Source of the DNA: Nitrospirales bacterium
GTDB lineage: Bacteria; Nitrospirota; Nitrospiria; Nitrospirales; UBA8639
NCBI GenBank assembly: GCA_963555755.3
Contig: OY820905.2
Location: 3,616,001 to 3,680,000, forward strand
Direction of reading: 5' to 3'
Length of the DNA stretch: 64,000 nucleotides
The position numbers and the translations under genes were made by a program. This document shows positions 10,488 through 20,237 of this stretch, piece by piece; positions within the stretch are counted from its first letter, which is position 1; each line of letters begins with the position of its first letter. The notes under the pieces were generated by a model. The model did not search any database. It was not told where the DNA came from and saw nothing but the letters and a program-made list of their open reading frames with translations.

Positions 10488-11138
10488 ATGTCTGATCGTG
10501 CCAAAGGGATCCCTATCGCAAAAGAAGGTGTCCCCTTTGTTATGGGAGCGGCAGCCCCCGCTGTGTTAGCGGGATTGTTGGGTTGCAAAAAAGTCTCCAT
10601 CGCCCTAGGCGCGGTCGCCTGTTTTGCCGGGTGGTTTTTTCGCAATCCTCCCAGGACGATTCCTCGAGGTGACGGTTTGATTCTTGCTTCTGGCGATGGG
10701 AAGGTCATTGCCGTTCAAGAGGAATTCGAACCGAGGTATCTCAAAGATCAAAGCATTCGAATCAGCATTTTCTTGAATATTTTCGATGTCCATATCAATC
10801 GAATGCCGTGTGCCGGAACTGTTGTGGATCTGGCCTATCAACCAGGGCAGTTCATCAATGCAAGCGATCCCGATGCGACTATCCACAATGAACAAAATGC
10901 GCTGATGATCGAAACGCCATCGAAGAAAAAAGTGCTCTGCGTGCAAGTGGCAGGGCTTCTTGCTCGGCGTATAGTGTGTTGGGTGGAGCCAGGAGAGGTG
11001 GCCGTTCCTGGGGAACGATTTGGACTGATCCGTTTTGGCTCACGGATGGATACAATTTTTCCGGTCGATAGTCGAGTGCGTGTGAAGGTGGGAGATCATG
11101 TCAAGGGTGGAGAGTCCATACTCGCGGAGTTCGCATGA
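10488..11138 (+). CDS. psd: Phosphatidylserine decarboxylase proenzyme
   Basis: FFRNP, FDVHINR, QVAGLLARRI and FGSR autocleavage motif. Confidence 0.95.
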   Translation: MSDRAKGIPIAKEGVPFVMGAAAPAVLAGLLGCKKVSIALGAVACFAGWFFRNPPRTIPRGDGLILASGDGKVIAVQEEFEPRYLKDQSIRISIFLNIFDVHINRMPCAGTVVDLAYQPGQFINASDPDATIHNEQNALMIETPSKKKVLCVQVAGLLARRIVCWVEPGEVAVPGERFGLIRFGSRMDTIFPVDSRVRVKVGDHVKGGESILAEFA

Positions 11139-11929
11139 AAGGCCGAATTTTTAAAAATAAAGAAGGCAAGCGTCGTCGGGGGGTGCATCTCATCCCCAAT
11201 ATTTTGACCACGGGTAATCTGTTTAGTGGATTGGCCTCGGTACTTTTTGTGTTTCATGGCCGTTTTGAAGCGGCGGCGATTGCGATTTTGATTGCCATGG
11301 TGTTTGACGTGTTGGATGGTACTTCTGCGCGTTTGACCGATAGTACAAGCGAGTTTGGTGTTGAGTATGATTCGTTATCGGATCTCATTTCCTTTGGACT
11401 TGCCCCGGGAATTTTGATTTATGTCTGGGCATTGGAATCTCCTGGTATGTTAGGTGCGGCGATCATGTTTGCCTATGTGGCCTGCGGCGCGCTCCGGTTA
11501 GCCAGATTCAACGTTATTGGAAGTAGCGGGGACAGTCGATATTTTATGGGATTGCCCATTCCCGCTGCGGCTGGCTTCATCTCGACGTTCTATATTTTCG
11601 ATAAGCATATCGGACACTTGTCGGAAGTTGTCCTCCCCTATGTGGTGATCGCGTTGAGCTTGCTCATGTCGTTTCTGATGGTCAGTACTGTGAAATATCG
11701 CAGTATGAAGCAGCTGAAGTTTCAGGGCCAACATCATTTCATGTATTTAGTCTGGGCTGTATTGATTCTGGTATCTGTCATGGCCTACCCTCAGCTCATG
11801 CTGTTTGTGATTTGTCTGGGGTATGCGACTTCCGGACTACTAGAAAAAGGTTGGGAGTTGATTAAATCTCCAGGAAGACGAGAAACCGCCTCGGGCAGCC
11901 CGCAGTCTCTGTTTAATTCAAAGGAATAA
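11135..11929 (+). CDS. pssA: CDP-diacylglycerol--serine O-phosphatidyltransferase
   Basis: DVLDGTSAR...SEFGVEYDSLSDLISFG, LRLARFN; adjacent to psd. Confidence 0.95.
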   Translation: MKGRIFKNKEGKRRRGVHLIPNILTTGNLFSGLASVLFVFHGRFEAAAIAILIAMVFDVLDGTSARLTDSTSEFGVEYDSLSDLISFGLAPGILIYVWALESPGMLGAAIMFAYVACGALRLARFNVIGSSGDSRYFMGLPIPAAAGFISTFYIFDKHIGHLSEVVLPYVVIALSLLMSFLMVSTVKYRSMKQLKFQGQHHFMYLVWAVLILVSVMAYPQLMLFVICLGYATSGLLEKGWELIKSPGRRETASGSPQSLFNSKE

Positions 11930-12108
11930 GGACCTGAGAGAAAATACCTTGGACCATATCGCGCCAAGATTTGGGTCGGATTTGGACGGAACGATTGAGA
12001 AACACCCGAGGCATAGCACAGCTATGTTGAGGGTTTGTCGATTGAGGCCCGTTCAAAGAGGGCCCGAAGATTGGATGCGAGATGTCCAAGGTATTTTCTC
12101 TCAGGTCC
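11930..12108 (+). mobile_element. MITE family C copy 2
   Basis: Same TIRs; the TAA duplication uses the pssA stop codon (11927-11929 and 12109-12111). Confidence 0.85.
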
Positions 12109-12116
12109 TAAATCTC

Positions 12117-12212
12117 ATGGGTAAATGGCAAGGAAAAGGAAGGGCCACTCTCCTCTTATGTGATGAGCGCCTTACACTGCGCGGTTTCCTTGGACCGTCA
12201 GTATTGCTCTAA
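12117..12212 (+). CDS. Putative leucine leader peptide (attenuator)
   Basis: MGKWQGKGRATLLLCDERLTLRGFLGPSVLL*: 8 Leu including LLL, upstream of a terminator and leuA. Confidence 0.45.
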   Translation: MGKWQGKGRATLLLCDERLTLRGFLGPSVLL

Positions 12213-12233
12213 TGACCCCGGGACCAGGTGGGT

Positions 12234-12271
12234 AGCCTTCACCTCAACGGGGTGAAGGCTTTTTTATTTTT
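12234..12271 (+). terminator. Intrinsic terminator upstream of leuA (probable attenuator)
   Basis: AGCCTTCACC-TCAACGG-GGTGAAGGCT 10-bp stem followed by TTTTTATTTTT. Confidence 0.75.
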
Positions 12272-12393
12272 GAGGGCATTGAAAATGGCCGCCAGCGGCG
12301 TTCTCGCCATTTTGCCGTGCTCACGTACTCCATGTACGCTCCGCGCGTCAAAATGGCTGCGGCCTTGCTGAACGGACCATTTTGAATCCCCTC
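12272..12393 (+). repeat. Repeat family B copy 2
   Basis: Family B core between the terminator and the leuA RBS. Confidence 0.8.
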
Positions 12394-12410
12394 TATTGGA
12401 GGACTTTCCT

Positions 12411-13958
12411 ATGACACGCCACATCAGAATGTTTGATACCACCCTGCGAGACGGAGAACAGTCTCCCGGGGCCAGTATGAACGTTGAAGAAAAAGTTCTG
12501 GTCGCCAAACAATTGGGCCGGTTGAATGTCGATATTATTGAGGCCGGGTTTGCTTTTAGTTCGCCGGGCGATTTTGAGGCGGTGCAACGCATTGGGCAAG
12601 AAGTCGAAGGCCCAATCGTGTGTAGTTTAGCGCGGGCCAAACCGGAAGATATTGATGCCGCCTGGAAGGCGTTGAAAGATGCGCCCAAACCGCGCATTCA
12701 CACCTTTTTATCGACTTCGGATATTCACCTGAAACATCAGTTTCGCATGACGCGAGAACAAGCGCTTAAACGAGCGGTGGAGATGGTCAAGCATGCGCGA
12801 AGCTATGTAGACGACGTTGAGTTTTCCCCGATGGATGCAACGCGGTCCGATATCTCCTATCTGTGTGAAGTGGTAGAAGCGGTAATCGACGCTGGGGCTG
12901 GCACGGTGAATATCCCCGACACCGTAGGCTACACGACCCCACAAGAATTTGGCGAAATTATTCGCACGATCCGGACTCGTGTTCGGGATTGTGATCGTGC
13001 GATCATTTCTGTCCATTGCCACAATGACTTGGGGTTAGCGGTGGCCAATTCCATGGCTGCCATCCATGTCGGTGCGGGCCAAGTGGAATGCACGATTAAT
13101 GGAATTGGCGAGCGAGCGGGCAATGCGTCACTCGAAGAAATCGTAATGGGACTGCGGACGCGAAAAGATTTTTATAATGCGGAATCCCAAATTCACACCG
13201 AAGAAATTTCCAAGACGAGTCGGCTGGTCAGCAAAATCACAGGGATGGTGGTTCAGCCGAATAAAGCCATTGTCGGGGCTAATGCCTTCGCCCATACTTC
13301 AGGGATCCATCAGGATGGCCTACTCAAGGATAAGAGCACCTATGAAATCATGCAGCCGGATTCCATCGGGTTAACACAAAGCCGACTCGTGATGGGTAAG
13401 TTGTCAGGCCGTCATGCCTTTCGGGAAGAATTGAACAAGCTCGGCTATTCCCTGACAGATGAGGAAGTCAATTCCGCATTCGTACGATTCAAACGGTTAG
13501 CGGATCAGAAAAAGGAATTGTTCGAGGAAGACTTAGAAGCAATTGTTTCAGAAACGGCGACCAAAGTACCGGAGCGGTATTCGTTGAAAGCCCTCAGCAC
13601 GCAAAGCGGCATGAATCAAGTGCCAACCGCCACGGTCGAGTTGGATATTGAGGGAGAGGTGTTAAAAGAAACCGGAACCGGCGATGGCCCTGTGGATGCC
13701 GTGTATCGGACGATTGCCCAGATCACACAAACCAAAAGTAAATTGTTGGCCTATGTCGTGAAAGCCATTACCGGTGGGACGGATGCGCAAGGTGAAGTAT
13801 CGGTTCGTTTAGAGCAAGCCGATGAAATCGTCACCGGGAATGGGGCCGATACCGATATTATTGTGGCCTCGGCTCAAGCGTATCTGAATGCTCTCAATAA
13901 ACTGTCTTTGCAATTAGAACGCCGGGCCAACACCGGAGATAAGATTGGCCTTTGTTAG
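12411..13958 (+). CDS. leuA: 2-isopropylmalate synthase
   Basis: DTTLRDGEQSPG, HCHNDLG, GIGERAGN, regulatory domain GDGPVDA; GGAGGA RBS before ATG 12411. Confidence 0.97.
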   Translation: MTRHIRMFDTTLRDGEQSPGASMNVEEKVLVAKQLGRLNVDIIEAGFAFSSPGDFEAVQRIGQEVEGPIVCSLARAKPEDIDAAWKALKDAPKPRIHTFLSTSDIHLKHQFRMTREQALKRAVEMVKHARSYVDDVEFSPMDATRSDISYLCEVVEAVIDAGAGTVNIPDTVGYTTPQEFGEIIRTIRTRVRDCDRAIISVHCHNDLGLAVANSMAAIHVGAGQVECTINGIGERAGNASLEEIVMGLRTRKDFYNAESQIHTEEISKTSRLVSKITGMVVQPNKAIVGANAFAHTSGIHQDGLLKDKSTYEIMQPDSIGLTQSRLVMGKLSGRHAFREELNKLGYSLTDEEVNSAFVRFKRLADQKKELFEEDLEAIVSETATKVPERYSLKALSTQSGMNQVPTATVELDIEGEVLKETGTGDGPVDAVYRTIAQITQTKSKLLAYVVKAITGGTDAQGEVSVRLEQADEIVTGNGADTDIIVASAQAYLNALNKLSLQLERRANTGDKIGLC

Positions 13959-13988
13959 GAATAGTTATGGAAGGGGTCGTATATTGTT

Positions 13989-15065
13989 ATGGATAAGAAA
14001 ATTGCAGTATTGGCAGGGGATGGTATAGGCCCGGAGATTGTTCCGGCGGCCATCAATGTGTTGGAAGCTGTAGGAAAACTATGTGGCCTTTCGTTTGAAT
14101 TTATTTCTGCAGCTGTTGGTGGGAAAGCGATTGATGATACGGGATGGCCTTTACCTGATGAGACCTTGACCTTAGCGAAATCCAGCGATGCGGTGTTGTT
14201 GGGAGCGGTGGGGGGACCGAAATGGGAAGGCTTGGACTATGAACGAAGGCCTGAACGAGCGTTGTTGGGTCTGCGGGAAAAACTTGGTTTGTTTGCGAAT
14301 CTGCGTCCGGCCAAACTGTATTCGGAATTAGCCGATGCTTCGACCCTCAAGCGTGAGGTCATCGAGGGTATTGATATTTTGGTGGTGCGTGAGCTCACCG
14401 GTGGAATTTATTTTGGAAAGCCCAAAGGTGTGGAAGTGACACCGACAGGCCATCGAGGCTTTAATACCGAAGTCTACACCACGGAAGAAATTACACGGAT
14501 TGCCAAAGTCGCGTTTGAAATTGCCCGCACGCGACGGAAACTGGTCACGTCAATCGATAAGGCGAATGTGTTGGAATCCTCGGAGTTGTGGAGGAGAGTG
14601 GTCATCGAGGTCCACAAAGATTACCAAGATGTGGAGTTGCGACACATGTATGTTGACAACTGCGCCATGCAACTCATTCGAAATCCCAAACAATTTGATG
14701 TGATCGTCACGACCAATTTGTTTGGAGATATTTTAAGCGATGAAGCCGCCATGCTGACCGGATCGATTGGGATGTTGCCGTCGGCCAGTGTTGGTGCAGA
14801 GGTGGGCATGTATGAACCCATTCATGGCAGCGCGCCGGATATTGCGGGAAAAGATATGGCCAACCCCATTGGCATGATTGCCTCTGGCGCGATGATGCTT
14901 CGACATTCGTTTGATTTAGGGAAAGAAGCGGATCTCATTGAAAGTGCCATTCAAAAAGTGTTGGCCCAAGGCTATCGAACCAAAGATATTGAAGCTCCAG
15001 GCACCAAGCTCGTCGGTACCAAAGAAATGGGTTCTCTTATTCTCCAGAACATGGGGCAAGGGTAA
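13989..15065 (+). CDS. leuB: 3-isopropylmalate dehydrogenase
   Basis: [28 protein letters not shown] and [12 protein letters not shown] motifs. Confidence 0.97.
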   Translation: MDKKIAVLAGDGIGPEIVPAAINVLEAVGKLCGLSFEFISAAVGGKAIDDTGWPLPDETLTLAKSSDAVLLGAVGGPKWEGLDYERRPERALLGLREKLGLFANLRPAKLYSELADASTLKREVIEGIDILVVRELTGGIYFGKPKGVEVTPTGHRGFNTEVYTTEEITRIAKVAFEIARTRRKLVTSIDKANVLESSELWRRVVIEVHKDYQDVELRHMYVDNCAMQLIRNPKQFDVIVTTNLFGDILSDEAAMLTGSIGMLPSASVGAEVGMYEPIHGSAPDIAGKDMANPIGMIASGAMMLRHSFDLGKEADLIESAIQKVLAQGYRTKDIEAPGTKLVGTKEMGSLILQNMGQG

Positions 15066-15066
15066 G

Positions 15067-16272
15067 ATGCTGAAATCCATTCAAGCTGGAACGATTGGTA
15101 CCATAGCCGGGGCCGGTGAGTCAGGGTGCGCTGGGGATGCTGGTCCGGCAACGGCTGCGTTATTAAACGAGCCCAAAAATATTGCGGTCGATGCCACAGG
15201 GAATCTCTACATCGCCGATTCGGAAAATCACCTGATTCGTAAAGTCGATGCACAAACGGGAATCATCACGACGATCGCTGGAACTTTCATGGGCGAGGAT
15301 TCGGCTTCCAAACCTGACGAGCCTCCTATGGCCACCTTTGAGGAAGAGGAAGATCCTCTGGCTGATCCGGTTTCCAAACCCGAAGATGCCTATGCGCAAA
15401 AATCCGACTTGAGTGGAATGGTTCGCTATTTTGGGGGAACAAAATCTACGGACCAGCGGTTTTCCGGGGATGGCGGTCCGGCGACAAAGGCTGCACTCAA
15501 TTTTCCCTCGGCTGTGGCCGTGGCTGATGATGGCACCGTGTATATTGCCGATACGTGGAATCATCGGATTCGGCGCGTTGATCCTCAGACTGGGGTCATC
15601 TCCACAATTTCCGGTACAGGCCAGACGAAATTTTTCGGGGATAACGGGCCTGCCGAAAAAGCAGCCTTGAACGAGCCCGTGGCCTTGGCTCTCGATGGAC
15701 ACGGTCATTTGTATATCGCCGATCAAAGCAACAATCGAATCCGAAAGATTGATCTTTCCTCGGGAGTCATCACTACCGTTGCGGGCACTGGGGAATCGGG
15801 ATATAACGGGGACGGGGCTCAGGGTCCCGACACCGCGTTAGCGGGTCCCAGTGGGCTGGCTGTTGATCAAGAGGGCAATCTATACATTGCCGATACCTTT
15901 AGTAGTCGGATTCGGAAGTTGGATTGTTCGACCGGGATTGTTGATGCGGTGGTAGGAGGAGTTGGGGCTTATCAATTTGCACCGGGTGAAAATGAATCCT
16001 CTCCTAGTCTGTCTCGACCGTACGCTATTGCTATTCATCCTGACGGTCGCCTGTTCATTACAGATAGCGATAATCACTTGATCCGAGTGTGGAATGTTCA
16101 GACCAAAGAAATGTTACTTTTGGCTGGTAATGGGAAGGCAGAGTTTTCAGGTGATGGCCAGAACCCTGTAGAAAGTAGTTTGAACTATCCCTTCGGCGTG
16201 GCCTTAGACTCTCAAGGGCATGTCTATATCGCAGACACGTTCAGTCATCGTATTCGAGTCGTTGTATATTAA
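15067..16272 (+). CDS. NHL-repeat beta-propeller protein
   Basis: Six xPxxxAxDxxGxLYIADxxNxxIR-type repeats with GDGGPA linkers; ATG immediately after the leuB stop. Confidence 0.88.
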   Translation: MLKSIQAGTIGTIAGAGESGCAGDAGPATAALLNEPKNIAVDATGNLYIADSENHLIRKVDAQTGIITTIAGTFMGEDSASKPDEPPMATFEEEEDPLADPVSKPEDAYAQKSDLSGMVRYFGGTKSTDQRFSGDGGPATKAALNFPSAVAVADDGTVYIADTWNHRIRRVDPQTGVISTISGTGQTKFFGDNGPAEKAALNEPVALALDGHGHLYIADQSNNRIRKIDLSSGVITTVAGTGESGYNGDGAQGPDTALAGPSGLAVDQEGNLYIADTFSSRIRKLDCSTGIVDAVVGGVGAYQFAPGENESSPSLSRPYAIAIHPDGRLFITDSDNHLIRVWNVQTKEMLLLAGNGKAEFSGDGQNPVESSLNYPFGVALDSQGHVYIADTFSHRIRVVVY

Positions 16273-16289
16273 AAGGATGTTCCAAACAC

Positions 16290-17300
16290 ATGAATAAAAA
16301 ATCTGCCTATACCGTCGCCGTAGTCGGTGTCACCGGAGCGGTAGGAACAGAAATGCTCTCGATCTTAGAAGAGCGAAAGTTTCCCGTTGATCAGGTGCTT
16401 CCGTTAGCTTCCTCCAGATCGGCTGGTGGAGAAGTGACCTTCCGTGGTGACAATGTCAAAATAAAATTGCTCACGAAAGATTCGTTTCAAGGGGTCGATA
16501 TCGCGTTGTTTTCAGCAGGAAGCAATGTCAGCAAAGAATACGCTCCCGTGGCAGCCAAAGCTGGTGCGGTTGTCATCGATAATAGTTCGGCCTGGCGCAT
16601 GGACCCCAAAGTCCCGTTGGTCGTCCCGGAAGTGAATCCTCACGATATTGAAACACACCAAGGCATTATCGCCAACCCGAATTGTTCCACCATTCAAATG
16701 GTGGTCGCGCTCAAACCGTTGCATGACCATGCCAAGATCACTCGTATTGTGGTCTCGACGTATCAATCGGTTTCAGGAACGGGAAAAGATGCCATGGCCG
16801 AATTGGCCGAACAATGTCGCCAACTCTTGAGTTTCGGAGACATCAAACCCAAAGTGTATCCTCACCAAATCGCGTTTAATTGCTTGCCTCACATCGATGA
16901 CTTTCTGCCTTCTGGCTACACCAAAGAAGAAATGAAAATGGTTAATGAAACGCGAAAGATCATGGGCGATGAATCCATTGGTATCGCCGCCACGACCGTG
17001 CGAGTGCCTGTGTTTGTGTGTCATGGGGAATCTATCAATATTGAAACCGAGAAAAAGTTGTCGGTCGAGGAAGCCCGCACGATTCTGTCTCAAGCTCCTG
17101 GGGTGCAATTGCAGGATGATCCTTCCCAGGGGGTGTATCCTCTTCAGATTGATGCAGCGGGAACCGATGCGGTGTTTGTTGGACGTATTCGCGAGGATGA
17201 TTCCATTCCTAAAGGCCTCAGCCTGTGGGTGGTGGCTGATAATTTGCGAAAAGGCGCTGCCTTGAACGCCGTTCAGATCGCTGAGGAATTGGTGAAGTGA
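16290..17300 (+). CDS. asd: Aspartate-semialdehyde dehydrogenase
   Basis: GVTGAVG, DNSSAWR, NPNCSTIQ and DNLRKGAALNAVQIAE motifs. Confidence 0.97.
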   Translation: MNKKSAYTVAVVGVTGAVGTEMLSILEERKFPVDQVLPLASSRSAGGEVTFRGDNVKIKLLTKDSFQGVDIALFSAGSNVSKEYAPVAAKAGAVVIDNSSAWRMDPKVPLVVPEVNPHDIETHQGIIANPNCSTIQMVVALKPLHDHAKITRIVVSTYQSVSGTGKDAMAELAEQCRQLLSFGDIKPKVYPHQIAFNCLPHIDDFLPSGYTKEEMKMVNETRKIMGDESIGIAATTVRVPVFVCHGESINIETEKKLSVEEARTILSQAPGVQLQDDPSQGVYPLQIDAAGTDAVFVGRIREDDSIPKGLSLWVVADNLRKGAALNAVQIAEELVK

Positions 17301-17303
17301 ACC

Positions 17304-17549
17304 ATGCCAGAGTTCGGTGTGCTTGGGAAAATGCTCATCTTCATGGGCTTGGGGATTGTAGCCATCGGCATTATTCTCTCGCTGATTGGCAAGTTGCCGA
17401 GTGAAGGCAGCGGGCTTGGCTGGTTAGGAAAACTTCCCGGAGATTTTTTCATTAAACGTGACAACTTCACGTTGTACTTTCCACTCAGCACCAGCATCAT
17501 TATCAGCATCGTCGGCAGCTTACTGTTGTACCTCTTCATGAGACGTTGA
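17304..17549 (+). CDS. DUF2905-family small membrane protein
   Basis: WLGKLPGDFFIKRDNFTLYFPLSTSIIIS signature. Confidence 0.85.
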   Translation: MPEFGVLGKMLIFMGLGIVAIGIILSLIGKLPSEGSGLGWLGKLPGDFFIKRDNFTLYFPLSTSIIISIVGSLLLYLFMRR

Positions 17550-17556
17550 ACTCCTG

Positions 17557-18744
17557 ATGCCCCTTTCTTTCCGAATCCATATTTTCATCCTGAGTATTGG
17601 CCTTCTTCTTTTGCCCTTGGAAGGCCAGGCTCGCGGTGTGCCGATAGTGCGGGTCGCACTGACTCTCAAAGCCAGTCAGGTCAAACTGTCCTCCTCACAG
17701 CCACTCAATCTATCTTTCCCGGGAGGTAAACAACTTCAGGTGGCCAAGTCTGCCTTTATTCGTTCAATGAGGGACGGGCTTCTGATCAATGGGAAGAAGA
17801 CAAAGACTGACACGGTTGTGATTGAAACCCGAGGTCGCAATCTTCATCTCTCGATTGACAGCGGAGTTCGGAGGAAACCAAGCCGGCAATGGGTGGTTCG
17901 CGGTGCTATTGTTTTGACCGTGAAGGGTTCCCATTTACTCGTTGTCAATAATATCGATTTGGAAAACTATGTTGCCGGTGTGGTGAGTTCCGAAATTAGT
18001 CCAGACTGGCATGAAGAAGTTCTCAAAACCCAATCGGTCGCCGCACGCACCTATGTGCTGCACAAAAAACTTCTTCATGAGCATCCGTTGTATGATGTGG
18101 TGGCCAGCATTCAAGACCAAGTGTATACCGGGGCTAAACAAGTGAATGGCTCGGTGCGGGAAGCCGTAAAGGCTACACGCGGGCAAGTACTGACTTATGA
18201 GCAGCGGCCAATTTTTGCAGCCTATTCGTCAACCGCCGCTGGCCCAACGGAAGATGCGTTCAATGTATGGGAGAAAGACCTCCCATATCTGAAGGGGGTG
18301 GATTGTCCCTTTGACGAAGAGTCTCCACGGTATCAATGGGAAACGGCCATTTCCTTTCAGTTGTTTGAGCAAAGCTTGCGCGACGAAGGTCTGGTCGTCG
18401 GCGCCATGGCGACCCTTGTCCCGTACACCTTTACCCGTGCCGGGCGTGTCAATGAAATCCGGATCCTTCATTCCAAAGGAGAATTGATTGTTCGAGGACA
18501 AGACCTGCGCCGCATCATCGGATATTCCAAAATTCGCAGCACACAGTTTCATATTAAAAGCATTGGGCGAGAAGTGGTTTTTACCGGCAAGGGAGCCGGC
18601 CATGCCGTGGGATTGTGTCAGTGGGGCGCGAAAGAAATGGCGGAGTTAGGATATAGATATGAGTCTATCCTCCAATATTACTATCCCGGCACAAACCTCT
18701 TGCCCTTCAATCGTGTAGTCATGAGCCCACCCCCCATATCGTAA
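17557..18744 (+). CDS. SpoIID/LytB-domain protein
   Basis: LENYVAGVVSSE, KTQSVAARTY, DQVY, GHAVGLCQWGA and ILQYYYPG motifs; precedes queA. Confidence 0.9.
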   Translation: MPLSFRIHIFILSIGLLLLPLEGQARGVPIVRVALTLKASQVKLSSSQPLNLSFPGGKQLQVAKSAFIRSMRDGLLINGKKTKTDTVVIETRGRNLHLSIDSGVRRKPSRQWVVRGAIVLTVKGSHLLVVNNIDLENYVAGVVSSEISPDWHEEVLKTQSVAARTYVLHKKLLHEHPLYDVVASIQDQVYTGAKQVNGSVREAVKATRGQVLTYEQRPIFAAYSSTAAGPTEDAFNVWEKDLPYLKGVDCPFDEESPRYQWETAISFQLFEQSLRDEGLVVGAMATLVPYTFTRAGRVNEIRILHSKGELIVRGQDLRRIIGYSKIRSTQFHIKSIGREVVFTGKGAGHAVGLCQWGAKEMAELGYRYESILQYYYPGTNLLPFNRVVMSPPPIS

Positions 18745-18840
18745 ATCTTGTTATTCCCCCAGAACTCAACGAAGGTTGTCCCATCAAGATTCCCCCTTTG
18801 GAAAAGGGGGGTAGGGGGATTTTCTAATCCTTTTGTAACT

Positions 18841-18961
18841 ACTCAGGTATTTAGGCTGAAGGCTAAAGACTGAAGGCTATTACACATAATGCCCAACGTT
18901 TAGTATGATCACACATGATTGCCCCCTAAAAGCCTTCGGCCTTCAGCCTATCCACCTGAGT
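18841..18961. repeat. Heptamer-type inverted repeat (AGGCTGA n / TCAGCCT n)
   Basis: ACTCAGGT..TAGGCTGAAGGC ... GCCTTCAGCCTA..ACCTGAGT. A CCCCCTTTGGAAAAGGGGG REP-like hairpin lies just upstream (~18792-18811). Confidence 0.65.
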
Positions 18962-18983
18962 TACCTTTACTCTTAAAAACCCT

Positions 18984-20000
18984 ATGCTCCTCTCTGACTT
19001 CGATGTGCCCTTCGATGAAACGCTCATCGCCGAATATCCCGCGTCTCCCCGAGATCATGCCCGCCTGTTAGTTGTCCCGAAGGATGATGGCCCCTTTCGC
19101 CATCATCAAGTGCGAGATCTTCCTTCCCTGCTCAAACCAGGCGATGTGCTGGTGCTCAATGACACCAAAGTCATTCCCGCACGGCTGCGAGGTATCAAGT
19201 TGCCGGGAGGGGGCAAGGTGGAATTGTTGCTGGTCCGACCAGTGGAAGATACGGTTTGGGAGGTGTTGCTCAAAGGGCATGTGAAAGAAGGCCAGGTCCT
19301 GCAACTGTCGAAAGAAGCCACTGCCATTGTGAAGGAGCGTGGGGAACGGACGGTCGTACAATTCAACATGCCAGGTTCAATGCAGGATCTGCTTCAACAA
19401 TCAGGAGAAATTCCTCTTCCGCCTTATATTAAACGAAAGGTAGAACAAGCCGATGCCCAAACCTACCAAACCGTCTATGCGCGCACAGAAGGTGCGGTGG
19501 CTGCGCCAACAGCCGGCCTGCATTTCACATCGGAACTCCTAGAGAGTTTAAAGAAGCAAGACATTCAGATGGTGAGCATCACCCTTCATGTCGGACCAGG
19601 AACCTTCAAACCGGTGACGGTAGAAAAAATCGAAGAACATCGAATGGATGCCGAGTGGTTCGAGATTTCCGAACAATCAGCCGAGTCTATCAATACCGCC
19701 AAAGCCGAAGGCCGACGCATCGTCGCAGTAGGAACCACCGCCGTCAGAACGTTAGAAGCCTCGGCAGTTCACGAAGGCCTTGTTCGAGCAGGAAGCGAAG
19801 AAACCCGCCTATTCATAACCCCCGGCTTCGAGTTTAAAGTTGTCGATGCCATGCTCACCAACTTCCACTTCCCAAGAACCACCCTCATCATGCTAGTCTC
19901 AGCCCTAGCCGGGAAAGAGCGCATCCGAGTCGCCTACGAAGAAGCCATCAAAGAACAATACCGTTTTTACAGCTATGGCGACGCTATGCTGATCCAATAG
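18984..20000 (+). CDS. queA: S-adenosylmethionine:tRNA ribosyltransferase-isomerase
   Basis: NDTKVIPARL, PLPPYIKR, AAPTAGLHF, TNFHFP and YRFYSYGDAMLI motifs. Confidence 0.97.
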   Translation: MLLSDFDVPFDETLIAEYPASPRDHARLLVVPKDDGPFRHHQVRDLPSLLKPGDVLVLNDTKVIPARLRGIKLPGGGKVELLLVRPVEDTVWEVLLKGHVKEGQVLQLSKEATAIVKERGERTVVQFNMPGSMQDLLQQSGEIPLPPYIKRKVEQADAQTYQTVYARTEGAVAAPTAGLHFTSELLESLKKQDIQMVSITLHVGPGTFKPVTVEKIEEHRMDAEWFEISEQSAESINTAKAEGRRIVAVGTTAVRTLEASAVHEGLVRAGSEETRLFITPGFEFKVVDAMLTNFHFPRTTLIMLVSALAGKERIRVAYEEAIKEQYRFYSYGDAMLIQ

Positions 20001-20122
20001 AGGCCCTGTCCCAAAATCCCGCCAGCAGCGTTCTCGGCCTGCTGTGGTGCTCACGTACTGGAGTACGCTCCGCTCCCCAACAGCCCTGCGGCCTTGCTGG
20101 GCCCAATTTCTGGGCGGTCCTC
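20000..20122 (+). repeat. Repeat family B copy 3 (divergent arms)
   Basis: GCCAGCAGCGTTCTCGGCC...GTGCTCACGTACTGGAGTACGCTCCG...GCGGCCTTGCTGG. Confidence 0.75.
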
Positions 20123-20237
20123 GTCATCTTCCCAACTTTTGTTACGCCTTTTGGTCATACATATCGCAGTTTTCATATTTTTGGAAATTTTACATAATTC
20201 CTCTAGGCTGCGATTAGTCGATCTGGGGGTTTAGCAG

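Noticed and set aside
10488..11929. psd-pssA inside the ilv-leu gene run as a novelty
   Set aside because: To my knowledge this arrangement is already common in Deltaproteobacteria-like and Nitrospirota genomes.
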